DNA of 64,000 bases from the human T2T-CHM13v2.0 reference genome, Homo sapiens, in NCBI RefSeq assembly GCF_009914755.1, contig NC_060947.1; one strand, given 5' to 3'. Positions 12,810-26,900 of the stretch are shown here, in pieces. A program made the translations under genes and the position numbers. Numbering within the stretch: position 1 is the stretch's first letter; each line of letters opens with the position of its first letter. A model generated the notes under the pieces. It made no database searches. It had not been told where the DNA came from and saw only the letters and a program-made list of their open reading frames with translations.

Positions 12810-13020
12810 CATGCCTCTGACTCTGCTCTGAGTACTTTACTTAGATCATCTTATTAAATCCACAAGATCCTGTGAGATGGATACCATTATTAGTCCCATT
12901 TTACACGTGAAACTGATGTGTGGAAAAGTTAAATAATGTGTCCAATATCACACAGCTAATAAGTGATAGAGCCTAGATTTGAACCCATACAGTCTGAATC
13001 CAGAGCTCATGTTCTTATGC
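12810..13020 (-). mobile_element. MIR (similar MIR remnants at about 5040, 9340, 27270, 42335, 52520, 62360)
   Basis: CCCATTTTAC...GAAACTGA...CACACAGCTAATAAGTG core. Confidence 0.6.
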
Positions 13021-13268
13021 ATTGTTCTGCAAACTCATACATATAATGAATATTCGTTGATTCCTCCCTAATTATGAACCAAATAACGAAATTCTAGAAT
13101 ACGTGGATTTATATCTCTGTAGCTTTTCTTCCATCTATTTGGTGTTATTTTCTTGTTAGTATTCATAGACTACATCAGCTCTTTGTTGGATGTTTACTTA
13201 CTGATCTGGTTGGTACTTTGTTGTTGTTTTGTTCTATTTTAAAATACAACGTTTTTCTCCATCTCCAG

Positions 13269-13444
13269 AGGTTACTTGGGACCACCTCATCAGGGTCCAC
13301 CCATGCACCATGTCCCTGGCCATGAGAGCCGAGGACCACCCCCACATGAACTGAGGGGAGGGCCATTACCCGAGCCCAGACCTCTAATGGCAGAACCAAG
13401 AGGACCCATGCTAGATCAGAGGGGTCCACCCTTGGATGGCAGAG
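13269..13444 (+). CDS. CSTF2: CSTF2 exon 10 (GYLGPPHQGPP...LDGR)
   Basis: ORF 13276..13500; ctccag / GTAAGG. Confidence 0.95.
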
Positions 13445-13714
13445 GTAAGGGGAGATCACATTGCAAATGCCATAATGAACTCAACTGTCTTAGGCTCTAA
13501 TCTGGGATAAAGAATGCTGGAACAGTAGGTTTGCAAGCATCTTTAAGGTTTATCCACAAATCTGAGAAACTGGGGAGGAGACAATAGTCTCATATGTTAA
13601 TAGCTGAGGGGACAAATGTGACTAGAAGAGATTTCTATCTTTCTTGGATTGTTCATCATTCTTGCAGTACATGCAAGTAGCTACATAATGGTTTTGTTAC
13701 ATTTTTCTTTATAG

Positions 13715-14007
13715 GTGGAAGGGATCCCCGAGGAATAGATGCACGAGGGATGGAGGCCCGAGCCATGGAGGCAAGAGGGTTAGATGCCAGAGGATTAGAG
13801 GCCCGTGCAATGGAGGCCCGTGCGATGGAAGCTCGTGCAATGGAGGCCCGAGCGATGGAGGCCCGTGCAATGGAAGTCCGAGGGATGGAGGCCAGAGGCA
13901 TGGATACCAGAGGCCCAGTGCCTGGCCCCAGAGGACCTATACCTAGTGGAATGCAGGGTCCCAGTCCAATTAACATGGGGGCGGTTGTCCCCCAGGGATC
14001 CAGACAG
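13715..14007 (+). CDS. CSTF2: CSTF2 exon 11 (MEARA/G repeat exon)
   Basis: ORF 13750..14049; tttatag / GTATGT. Confidence 0.97.
13735..13914 (+). repeat. CSTF2: Coding 15-bp tandem repeat x12 encoding MEAR(A/G) pentapeptides
   Basis: IDARG MEARA MEARG LDARG LEARA (MEARA)x4 MEVRG MEARG MDTRG. Confidence 0.95.
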
Positions 14008-15199
14008 GTATGTGTAACACTGACTTCTGGCATCCAAGTGAAATCTTGATCTATTCAGGAATTGATTATTGAGCCTAATTATTACTGCCTTCTGACTTGG
14101 GCTGTTTCTTAGCTTGTTAGAAAGGGAAGACTTGGATCTCCCTGTAGCTTCTCTATCCCTTAGGGTGGTGATTTTCTGGCTATCAGGATTGTAGTTCAAA
14201 AAAAAACAACCTTATCCCACAATAAATAGCTATTCATTTGGAGCAGAGCCCCTGAAAATTTAGGGGTTAGAAAGTAGTCTTGATTGGGGTACAAACCAAC
14301 ATCATGTACACGGTTTTTTCCAAGATATACTTGCCCGGATCTCATCCGAGGTATAACTCAGAATCTCTTATTAGTAGGATCTGAGCATGGATAGTTTGAA
14401 AAACTTCCCCCAAATGATTCTAATGTGAACCCTGACTGGGAACCACTGGGTTAGAGTATATGAAGAGCTGTTAGTGGCCATTTAGATAATCTTAGGTTTA
14501 GAGAGACCTGTGTTAATTTATTGTCATCACATAGCCTAAGTGAACAGTGGAATGTGAAAGGCAGTTTATTAATAATCACCTTAAAAGGTGTGGAACCGAA
14601 GTCTTGTCTCCTCTCTTTTATTTGGATCTCTCTGCCTGTGTGTACATGCTCCCTCTTCATCTCGACTTGGTTGTGGAGAGGTGGTATGTGTGTTTCTTCC
14701 GTGAGTTTTTATATGCTGGCACCTTCATTTCCCTCTAACTGCTCCACCTTCCTTTTCCCCCCTTCCTCTGCGTACTTCTCTCTTCTTTTTTTATGTGTCT
14801 TCCTCCCCATGTCTGTGTGTATGAGAGAGAGAAAGATAATGGCAGAGCTGGAATGGAATACATCAATCATCTAATTCCCTCAGTTTATAGATTTGGAAAT
14901 TAAGGCCCAAGAATTCAGGTGACTTGACCAAATTCACATGACTAAAAAGTGGCAGAGCAAGGAACAGAAGCCACTACTTTTTCCACTTTACTACTCTGTC
15001 CTGTTATCTGCACATTTGTGTGTGTGTATATGTGTGGATATGTGTCTACCCCCTCCTCTGTAATATGAAATACAAATAGAGGGTTTTTTTGCTATGTGTA
15101 GAATAAAACTGTTCTCTATTGTGTTTGAAGTGTTTGTGGGCCTTGATTTTTATTGTACTCTCTATGGTCAGTAGCCTAGTAACAGAAATGGTTTTTATG

Positions 15200-15350
15200 C
15201 ATTCATTCTGTCACTCAGCAAATATTTATTGAGCACCTACTATGTACCAAACATAGATCTAGGTACGGGGGATACTGCAGTGTGAACAGAACAAAGCCCC
15301 TTCCCCCATGGGCTTACATTCTAGTTGGGAAGACAGATAACAAACAAATA
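15200..15350 (-). mobile_element. L2 3' fragment
   Basis: CATTCATTC...CAAATATTTATTGAGCACCTACTATGT signature. Confidence 0.65.
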
Positions 15351-15653
15351 ACTACATAATGCGCTTACATAATTTTACTGGTAGTTCTATGATGCAAGAC
15401 ATTGCAAGTAAGGGTTGGAAGAACATTTCTGGATAATATTTTGCTCCTTTCTCTCTGCTGGTACTTGAACTTATTACCCTAATACTAGGTTTATACCATT
15501 TTTATTAGTAGATTCGATAAAGCCAATTAGATCTGAGGCAAGAGAAAATACAAATTTTATCTTCAAACCTTTAAAAAAATTTTAAATTAATATATTAACT
15601 TATAAATATATATATTCGTTCATCTATAAAAGATATATGTATTAAGAACTTCA

Positions 15654-15940
15654 AGCCAGGCATGGTGACATGCACCTGTAGTGCCAGCACTCTGGAGGCT
15701 GGGGCAGGAAGACCATTTAAGTCTAGGAACTTGAGGCTGTGGTGCATTCTGATCGCACCTGTGACTAGCCACTGCACTCCAGCCTGGGCAGCATATTAGA
15801 CTCCCATCTTTAAAAAAAAAAAAAAAAGCCAGGGTAGAATCCTGTAGTCCCAGCTACTCTGGAGGCTAAGGCAGGAGGATCAGTAGAGCCCAGGAGTTGG
15901 AGGCCCGCCTACACAAGATAGTGAGACCACATCTTAAACT
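15654..15940 (+). mobile_element. Old Alu monomers (FRAM/FLAM-like), tandem
   Basis: Two diverged monomer-like units separated by an A-run. Confidence 0.7.
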
Positions 15941-16432
15941 AAAAGGAACCTTGCTTCCTCTCCTATGCTTGTCTCCCCTGTGGCCCTCTAGGTCCTGTAG
16001 ATAATCACTTTTATTAGATTTTTCATGTTACTTTCTGGAAAACATGAATATATATTATTTTTCCCCTTTCACTGTTCTATACCTTTTTTTTTTTTTTAAC
16101 TTAACAACATGTCCTTAATTCATACTTTTAAATTAGATTTTAAAATTAACTCTAGTCCACTTAGTTAGAAACTTGTGGGCAAAAGGCTTATTATTACTAG
16201 GGTGATTATATAATTTATCATCTAAAGGAGAACATGAAAGAAAGTGCTGTTACTTTACTTGGAGGCAAAAACATAAACTGGGACTATCTTAGGGAAACCA
16301 AGATGTATGGTCACTTTTGCTAGTACTTGTCTGCCTAGAACAAGCACACCTAGAAACTTAAAATGGCCGTTATTGAGTGGTTAGATCACAATTACAGTAC
16401 CTCAGATTAAAGCTTCAAAAAGATTATACTCA

Positions 16433-16514
16433 ATTCCGAATTGTGCTGCTATAAACTCATGTGACCAAACACCACCTGTTCCCCAATAACCTATGGAAAT
16501 AAAAAATTTTAAAA
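16433..16514 (+). mobile_element. 82-bp L1PB-type mini-insertion with inverted 5' tip
   Basis: L1PB 3' terminus CACCACCTGTTCCCCAATAACCTATGGAAATAAA; TSD AAAAAGATTATACTCA at 16417 and 16515. Confidence 0.75.
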
Positions 16515-17876
16515 AAAAAGATTATACTCATAGGTGTTTCAGACCCATAATAGCTCGTTAATGTTCAGACTGGTCTCTGGAAACTTGTCTCTGGTTTCAG
16601 TATTGATAATGAACAGAACAGTGATAATATTCTAGCAGTCTATACAAATCTGTACTAATGTTTCATCTATCCATTGTCTTTGGGAAATGAGTTAATGCAT
16701 GTAAGTGAATGTTCCAGATAATAGAACTATTCTACCAAGTTTTTTAACTTTTTTAATAAAAAATTATAAAAAGTATTTGATATTTCCTTTCTTGAACAGG
16801 ATACAAAAAAATAGTTTAATCAGTTTTGACTACTCAAGGTCATCATTGAATAGATTCATTATTGTCTATACCGTAATATAAAACATAGTTATCTCCTGTT
16901 TGGTTTCTGGTCTCCTTCACTGTCAGGCCGTCACCTGGCTCTTCATATTACTGAAGTGGTATCTGCTCCTAACAGTTATTTATCCGTATTTCTTTTATGT
17001 TTTGCTGCTTCTAATCTGCTGGGTAAGCAGGTAACAAGTTTGTTAACAATATGTGTTTATTAAGAGAGTACCTAAGCTCTGGGTGAATGCCTGAGTGTGA
17101 ACATAATGCTTGTATAGGGACATTCTAACAGTTAGATTTGGTACTCAAGAGGTCTTTTCCTTGGGTTCTGGTAGTCTTGCAAAGGGTTGAACTCATTGAA
17201 GATCTTAAGTACCAGTAAGTATGATATCACTGTACTTGGTTTTTTCACTCCAGTCAGTCATATTTTTTGGTCTACATTTAGCAGAAAGCATCTGCCATAT
17301 GTTCTCTATGGAAAGCTATAAACAGCAAATGTTGGGCTAATAGCAGTCTTTTTCCTGGAGGCCTTCCCATTGCCTTTCTGCCTCTCTGACATTATGAACA
17401 TCTCTGCCTCACTTGTGGGATAGGGCCCTTTGGGACAAACTACCTGTATCTGATTGAACTAGGGTAGGGGGTGGCCCTGTGAATGTAACTTCCCCAGTGG
17501 ACCAGCATACATTTTCTCTAGACTCTGTTGGCTTTCATTTGTATTTCCAGTGAGCACTAGTTTCCAGGGTGTTCTCAGTTTTCACTGTGCTTATTTGGCT
17601 GAATTTTGATTAATTCAGTGGTATCCAGTTGTGCTGTGTAATATTTGTTGATGATGCTGGAGGTGTTGTAAGCAAGTATGTCGAACTTGCTAGTTGATCT
17701 CTGGCTAAACCCTGCCTTCTGCTATTGCTAACAGTAGAAAATGATCTTCAGAGTCATTGATTTGCTTTTTTTACTCATATCTGTATAGAGATCATAATTT
17801 GTCACATTATTACTGAATTCAGGTTACCTATACATTAAAAATGCCAAAAATCTCTCTTTTCTCTTTGTACACATAG

Positions 17877-17987
17877 GTCCCAGTCATGCAGGGAACAGGA
17901 ATGCAAGGAGCAAGTATACAGGGTGGAAGCCAGCCTGGCGGCTTTAGTCCCGGGCAGAACCAAGTCACTCCACAGGATCATGAGAAG
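17877..17987 (+). CDS. CSTF2: CSTF2 exon 12 (VPVMQGTG...QDHEK)
   Basis: acatag / GTAAGC; 111 nt in frame. Confidence 0.95.
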
Positions 17988-18776
17988 GTAAGCAACACTG
18001 TCTGACTGCCTCCTTATGCACAATTCTAGCCTTTTTGATTCCTCTTTTCACAGTTACCATGTGACGATCCTGGGTCTTCAAAGTCCCTTTGGAGGTGATG
18101 TTTATTCTAACTTAGAACTCTTTTATGATCTTGTTACCTGAAAATTTGTGAGTCTGGTCCTGAAGTTCCTAATGGATGTGAAGTTCTTAAGTGGATGTAA
18201 ATGGCAGCTTATTTTATATTTCACACTCATCTGCCAATAGCAGGTTTTTCTTGTTCAGGCCAGATTGACCTGAAAATCCACACCCTTTTTCCTTCCCTTT
18301 CTACTTTATCCCTAAAAACAATAGTAGATTCCCCATGATTATATCTTTCTGTTTTTATATTTGACCATTGTGGGGAGCTTATGTCTGATGGAAAGGCTAA
18401 AATTTGTGAAAAAGAGAGACTTTCAAAACAGGATTAAAACTTGAAGGATTTCCAGGGCTCACAGATACCATCTTAGTCTCCAGGAACTTTGAGTTCATGA
18501 AGTTGTCTGTTTTGAATCGTCTAATCTTAGGTATTTTAATTTATACTTGTTCTTTTCATTGTACCTTTTCTCACCAGTTTTTTTTTATTTTTTATTTTTT
18601 TTGGAGGGGGGCTGTTGGTTTTTTTCTGTGTGAAATGTTCTTCCTTTTTCCATTTTGCTTCATATCCCACTACAGTAGCTTTTTGGACAGAAGCTGGTGG
18701 TGGGTTTTTTGTTTTGTTTTGTATTTTTTAGCTGCCATCATTAAAACTCACTACCTTTTTTTTTTCCTCTGCACAG

Positions 18777-18899
18777 GCTGCTTTGATTATGCAGGTTCTA
18801 CAACTGACTGCAGACCAGATTGCCATGTTGCCTCCTGAGCAAAGGCAGAGTATCCTGATTTTAAAGGAACAAATACAGAAATCCACTGGAGCACCTTGA
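18777..18899 (+). CDS. CSTF2: CSTF2 exon 13, C-terminal domain (AALIMQVLQLT...STGAP*)
   Basis: gcacag acceptor; TGA 18897-18899; summed CDS 1734 nt = 577 aa; donor GTGAGC at 18903. Confidence 0.96.
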   Translation, partial: AALIMQVLQLTADQIAMLPPEQRQSILILKEQIQKSTGAP

Positions 18900-19503
18900 T
18901 AGGTGAGCAAACTTAATCCCCATCTGAGTAGGACTAGCTCCTTGTCTATTCTGGGTATATACTTTTAACCTTAACCAACAAGATTGTTCTCTCAGCGGCC
19001 CTCAATCCACTCAGCTAGACTCTTCTTTACCCTTCAGTAGGTCAGCTCCTGTAGGGATAGAGTAAGGCTATACAATGTTTGTTCAGTTGTTGAATTGCTT
19101 ATAATCTTTCCTAATGACAAAGGTAATGTATGATCAGTTTAACAAAAGTAATCATATACAGAAATGTAGAAGGTGAAAGGTAAAAAGCCCTGTTTCCTCA
19201 ATCTCATTCCCCAGACAAAACCTCTAAATATAGTTTGGTGTGTATCCTTCTACAATCAATTGTATTATTTTATTCCAAACTGTCCTGTCAAAATGGAAAA
19301 ATACAAAGCATTTCAATAAAATGTGTAAATATTTTGTTTCTTGTATTTATTTTATAGGGAATATTTTGATGTTGAACTATAGTAGCACATAATTTAAGGT
19401 AGTAAATGTCCGTCATCACCATCAGTTTCTATATATTTTGGAGATCGCTGTACCCCGCTACCCTTATTTTTCTTGCTCATCATTTAGGCAGAAAGAATCC
19501 AGG

Positions 19504-19804
19504 GGCCAAGCACAGTGGCTGAGCCCTGTAATCTCAGCTTTGGCAGGCTGAGGTGGAAGGATTACTTGAGACCAGGAGTTCAAGACCAGCCTAAGCAACA
19601 TAGTGAGACCCCATCTTTACAAAAATTTTTTAAAAAATTAGCCAGGCATGGTGAGATGCGCCTATAGTTCCAGCTACTTGTGAGGCCGAGGTGGGAGGAC
19701 TGGTTGAGTCCAGGAGGTCAGGGCTGCAGTAAGCCATGATTATGCCACTGCACTCTAGCCTGGGTCACAGAGTGAGACTCTGTGTCAAAAAAAAAAAAAA
19801 AAAA
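19504..19804 (+). mobile_element. AluJ
   Basis: Dimer plus A tail. Confidence 0.9.
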
Positions 19805-20839
19805 GGATCCAGGTAACCTGCTTCATAAATAATCATGTGACAACTTGATTACACATACATGTATCAGTGTTTCTTTTTTAAAAAAAATTTCCCCAGCATT
19901 TTGTATTTTATAAACAGTTCTTTTTTCTAAAAACAGTTTAAAATTCATGTTGCCCCACTATCAGGTAGGACAGCACAATTTAAATTTCTACTTTTTACCC
20001 CATCCATATTATAATTCCTATTCTTATGTTATATAATAGTGAACTCATTTAACTATTAATAATTACCACTCTTACAAAATATATCATTTTAATCCATACT
20101 TGTGATGTCTTTAAACATTTAAACTGCGACTATGCATCATATATGTATTTAGACCTTAAATGAATTAATGAGAAGCTATCATAGATAGAAGGCTCAGTAG
20201 ACTTTTGGTACCTTAACGTTTTATTCCACAAACCCCACATATTCTTTTTTTTTAGTAAAAGTATAGACTACCTATTACATTCAGAGGAATAAATAAAAAT
20301 TATTTCTTTTACTAATTTACTTAAGCCAGAGAAGGCATTCCCTACAATGTGAGAAAATTACTCCTTACTGTTTCTGGATAGTAGAGGTAGAAATGTTTCT
20401 GAAATTTCTTTCATTATAGTTTTGCTTATAGGATGTTTAATTTAAGGCCTTGCATATTAACCACAAGGCAAAGTTTTTGTCTATTTTTTTACCTTTTATT
20501 TTTAAATAATCATAGACTCAAGGAAAGTTGGAAAAATAGTACAAGGAGTCTCATGTACCCTTCACCCAGTGTAGTGCAAAACCAAGAAATTGACATTGGC
20601 ACATTACTGTTAACTTGACTGCAAACTCAGTTTTCACCATTTTAAAAAAACTATCATGATTTGTGTATATGTATGTGTGGTTCTATGCAATTTTATGTGG
20701 GCAAGATTTTATTGTGTGTCTACTGGTGTTTGTGCATACCATGGCTAAAGTGTTGGGTTTTCCTCCATCCTATACCTAGCTAGTTGTGATCCATCTCTGC
20801 CATCATGGACAGGCTTCTATACTGTTGTCATTAGAGATG

Positions 20840-21068
20840 AATGGTTCTCAAACAAGGGCAGTTTTGCCCCCTAGGTGACATTGTCTTGAGACGTTTTTGG
20901 TCATCACAACTTTAGGGAGTATGGCATGCTACTGGCATTCAGTGGGTAGAGGCCAGAGATACTGCTAAACATCCCATAATGCACAGGATGGTCCCCCTCA
21001 CCCACTTCCCAATAGCAACTAGTACTCCAGCCCAAAATGTCAGTAGTGCTGAGGTTGAGAAACCCTGC
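20840..21068. mobile_element. MER20-like DNA transposon
   Basis: TGGTTCTCAAA...GTTGAGAAACCCTG termini. Confidence 0.75.
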
Positions 21069-21251
21069 TGCAAGGGCTGATTGCTTTGAGGAGTCAGGAG
21101 GCAGGAGACAGATACTTTGCAAATCTGTCCTGGTGATTTGATTATATGCCTGTCCTCCCTCCCCTAGCCTTTTTATTTTTTTTCCTGAAGTTTTTCCGGA
21201 AGAGAGCTTTGTCTTCACTTCTAATGGCTTTGTCCTAACTTCTTCTTACAG

Positions 21252-21470
21252 GTTTTCAAAAATACCTGGCAAGAAATCTGGAAATTCTATAATTTTGTTG
21301 AAATATTGAAAAAAGATGACCTGCATCCTAACCCTTGAATGACTCAAATCAGTGCCAGGTGGAGGACTCCCATCACCTTCTCTCAGAACAAAATCACTTC
21401 ATTTTATTGTCTTAGTTTGTATATTTTCTGTGACTTGAAATAAACTTTGAACACAATTTTAGTACACTGC
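21252..21470 (+). other. CSTF2: CSTF2 non-coding terminal exon (3'UTR)
   Basis: cttcttacag acceptor ending 21251; AATAAA 21439-21444 followed by a U-rich element near 21488. Confidence 0.8.
21439..21444 (+). terminator. CSTF2: CSTF2 proximal polyadenylation signal; more distal AATAAA at 22036 and 23157
   Basis: AATAAA with downstream TTTTTGCTTTT. Confidence 0.7.
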
Positions 21471-23881
21471 AAATTGATACACATGACCTTTTTGCTTTTA
21501 AAAAGCTTAACACTAAGGGTGAAACCTTAGATGTGTTTTCTACCCTTACTGCAGTATTGTACTTTAACATATTGCCATAGTTTTGTTTTTAAGTTAACCA
21601 CTTATTCTTCTTGATGATATTTGAGAATTTCTCAGAAGCAATGTTTTCTGGAACTTGGTTTTTGTTTAGTTTGCTTCCAGTAAGAATTATTATAAGGCTT
21701 TGCCCTCTGAAAATATTCTAGCACTTCGGAGTCTTCTAGGAGAAAATATCACATGCTTAGAGCTATAAAATGGTCAGAAGGCTAACAGAGCAAAGAGCCT
21801 AGCACAGCTGTGTGTTTAGTTTAGAAAAATCCAAATATCAAAATGCATTTGTTTCAATAGCAGGTCTGAACATGTATAATTCAGAGTTAAGACAAAAATT
21901 GTTTTAGCACTGGTTTGAGTGTGTCAGCAACACAAGAGACTGTTGACATTTACTTGTGTGTTCTTAAACTTATCAGTCTAGGCAGTCAACTTTGAAAGTT
22001 TAAAAAGCCACTGATTTTTCACATGCTCAAGATGAAATAAAAACAGAAATCAAATGAACAAAATACATTTCATCCTATCTTCCAGGCAGTCCCTAACCTG
22101 CAGCCCTACCCTGTAACTACGTTTATTCTGGGAACTTACAACACAGAAAACCCTAAAACTTGTACATTCTTCTCATTTTAAGTGGACCAAATGTAGAGCA
22201 CAGTCAGATTGCTCATTAGGTCTGCTCCTGCCTGCTTCCTTGCGGATAGGTATGAACATAATTAGTGCCATTAGCTCTAATCTATGGGTCTTATTGCCTA
22301 GTATTTCTCTCTCTCGCCGCGCCGCCGCCTCCTCCTCTCCCCCCACCCCAACCCCATCTCTCTCGTAGTGGCATTAAGGAGGAACATGGTTTCTCTCTAT
22401 CAGGCCAACCTCAAGAGGTTAAGAGTTGCCTTAATAATCAGTAAAGTTCTACTGGAACTACTTTTGAGCCAATTTATATTCTTGGAATTCTATCCCCTGG
22501 GTTAGGATTATGGTCAGGTGAATTAAAAGCCTGGCATAGGCTTAGAGAATGTAATAGCATATTGCTTACATGTCAAGCAAAAGAATGCAAAGATAATCAA
22601 CTTTTTGAGTGACAATGAAATTGAGGGATTTTCTACTCATATAAACATTTATAAGAAATTTGTTGATTAAGGTATTTCATATTACAACTTTGCAAGAAAA
22701 ACTTGCTCAAAGCAGGTGAGGAGCTTTCTGTGTATCCTGCTCATCCCCAGTTCAACTTGGATGTTGGCTATGCATAGGATTTATTATATTCATTACCATG
22801 AATATAATCACGAATTTATGCCTACTCCCATAAATATTCAAGCCTTGGGATATTGATTTTGGCAGCCATCATATCTTGAAGTGAGTGTGTCAATATATTT
22901 AGACATGGAGACCAAGAGTGATGCCTTTCTCATTAGGAACTCGTTGTAAGTTTCAAGATTCCAAATCAAGGTCATTGAAGATGAAGTTGTCATTTGGTCA
23001 GTAGTTGTCTAATAAGAATCATGTCTTCAAGGTTTCATTGTGCATTTTCCCAAAGCCTTATTAAACCTGAATTAGCTGAAATCCGGGTGAACAAATTGGC
23101 AACAGCAGTGGTATCCCTCCCTATGTAAACAACCATCAGTATTGTTTTACTGTTGTAATAAATGAAACATGATTAGCCACCATGAGTTCATGACCTACCT
23201 TTATTGTGCTCAGACTAGTGACAAAAAAAAACCAAAAACAGTTTTATCCCTCAAGCCGTAGAGGTTCCTAAACTATTAGAAACAACCATTTGTTCATTCG
23301 TGGTCACTTAATGGTAGAAAAAATAGATAATATAATGCTAATTCAGTACAACCATTCTTCTAATCTATAATGAGTTGAATTGTCTGGGCACAATGAAGTG
23401 TGAGGTTTCTCTCTTAAGAGCCCTGGGCTTCTCTCCTTCTAGGGATTCACTGTGACGACTAACATCCCAGAGCCAGTGTGGTCCTTGTAGGCCGAGGTTG
23501 GGTAGATGGCAGAAATAAAAAGCATTCTGATAGAGAATGAAGGCATTTTGCTTATGTTATTAGCTGAATGATTCCTTAGCGATATAGGTAGGAGTCCACA
23601 AAAATCTATGAAAATTATAAATTGTTATTTTTTAAACTAGACATTAATAAACTCCCTTAATAGTGATAAAGAGCTCCTCTTGACTAAATAAGTCATCCTA
23701 ACATGGAGTTCAAGTTTTCACAATCGCTTTTAACAGAATAATACAAGATGACAGTATAGCTGACTTGCAATTATAATACAATTTCAATTACAATGAGCAT
23801 ACTTTCTAGATTTTCTTTCCCAAATGGAGAGCCCAAAAAGAAGTAACAAAAGACTCATTCATCAAGTGAAGAAGAAAATCC

Positions 23882-23887
23882 TTTATT
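23882..23887 (-). terminator. NOX1: NOX1 polyadenylation signal (AATAAA on − strand)
   Basis: TTTATT about 600 nt past the NOX1 stop; T-rich sequence downstream on − strand. Confidence 0.65.
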
Positions 23888-24486
23888 TTTTGATGAGCAA
23901 AAATAATAAATTGCTGTTCACACTGGATAAGACCATATCAAAAGTGACAGTAAACATGTACACTGTTGGTGTTATATGGGGATGGGGTTCTCGGTAATTT
24001 TGTTTATTATTTATGTTTATTATTATGTTTTATCATTAATTATTCAATAAATTTTTATTTAAAAAGTCACCCTACTTAGAAATCTTCTGTGGGGGTGGGA
24101 GGGACAAAAGATTACAAACCAAAACTCAGGAGATGGTAACACTGGAATTGATAAAATCACCTGGGATTAGTTGTATAACTCTGAACCACCAAACCTCTGC
24201 TATCAAGCCTTGCTACAGTCATGGCTGTCCAGAAAGATTTACAGTTATTTTTCTGAGAAAGGATCCATGGGCTTTAAGAACTTCAGAACTTTAAGAACTT
24301 CAGAAGTTCTTAAGTTGCTGAAGCTCAAGTAACGAAGTTGAATGCAATCAAAAAAAGAATACCAGGGAGTCAAGGCTTGAGAGGCACATTCTTATCCTAA
24401 AGTGACTGCTCAAACCTGACGAGACCAAGTAAATTACTGAAGATACAAAGAGACAAAATGCAGATTACCGTCCTTATTCCTATAAC

Positions 24487-24613
24487 TCAAAAATTTTCTT
24501 TGTTGAAGTAGAATTGAACCTTTCTAGGATCCAGACTGGAATATCGGTGACAGCATTTGCGCAGGCTCTTTGCCAAAGTCCGAGGGCCACATAAGAAAAC
24601 TCCCACTACAGAC
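24487..24613 (-). CDS. NOX1: NOX1 exon 13 (SVVGVFLCGP...NKENF*)
   Basis: ctacag acceptor; NOX-family CGP and KENF end; total CDS 1695 nt = 564 aa. Confidence 0.96.
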
Positions 24614-24656
24614 CTGTAGGAACAGAACAATAGTAAGGGCTAGAATGCAGCAATGA

Positions 24657-25265
<609 letters not shown>

Positions 25266-25574
25266 CAAGGGAAAATTTCTTAACCTCTCTCTGTTTCAGC
25301 TTTCCCACCTGTAAAATGGGGATAAAAATAGTACTCACCACATAGGGTTGTTTTAAGGATTAAATAAGAACATGTAAATAAATTAGAAAAATGCCTGGCA
25401 CATAGCAAGTACATATGTATTAGCTCCCATTAAACCCATCCACTGTGAGCTTATCCCTACCTCAAAATTTCTCCTAGTGGAGAGGTAGTGTTCTTTCTTG
25501 CCAAAGCTAATCTTTCCAACTATGCTCTGGGTCTCACCGTCTTCTTCCTTCTCTCATACCTTTCTCTCCCCCTC

Positions 25575-26900
<1,326 letters not shown>

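Noticed and set aside
13656-14199. Antisense and alternative-frame ORFs (ASIAR repeats)
   Set aside because: Shadow frames of the MEARA coding repeat
22305-22360. Small CpG/GCC patch in the intergenic gap as a promoter
   Set aside because: Only about 20 bp within a CT-rich low-complexity run; too short for a CpG island
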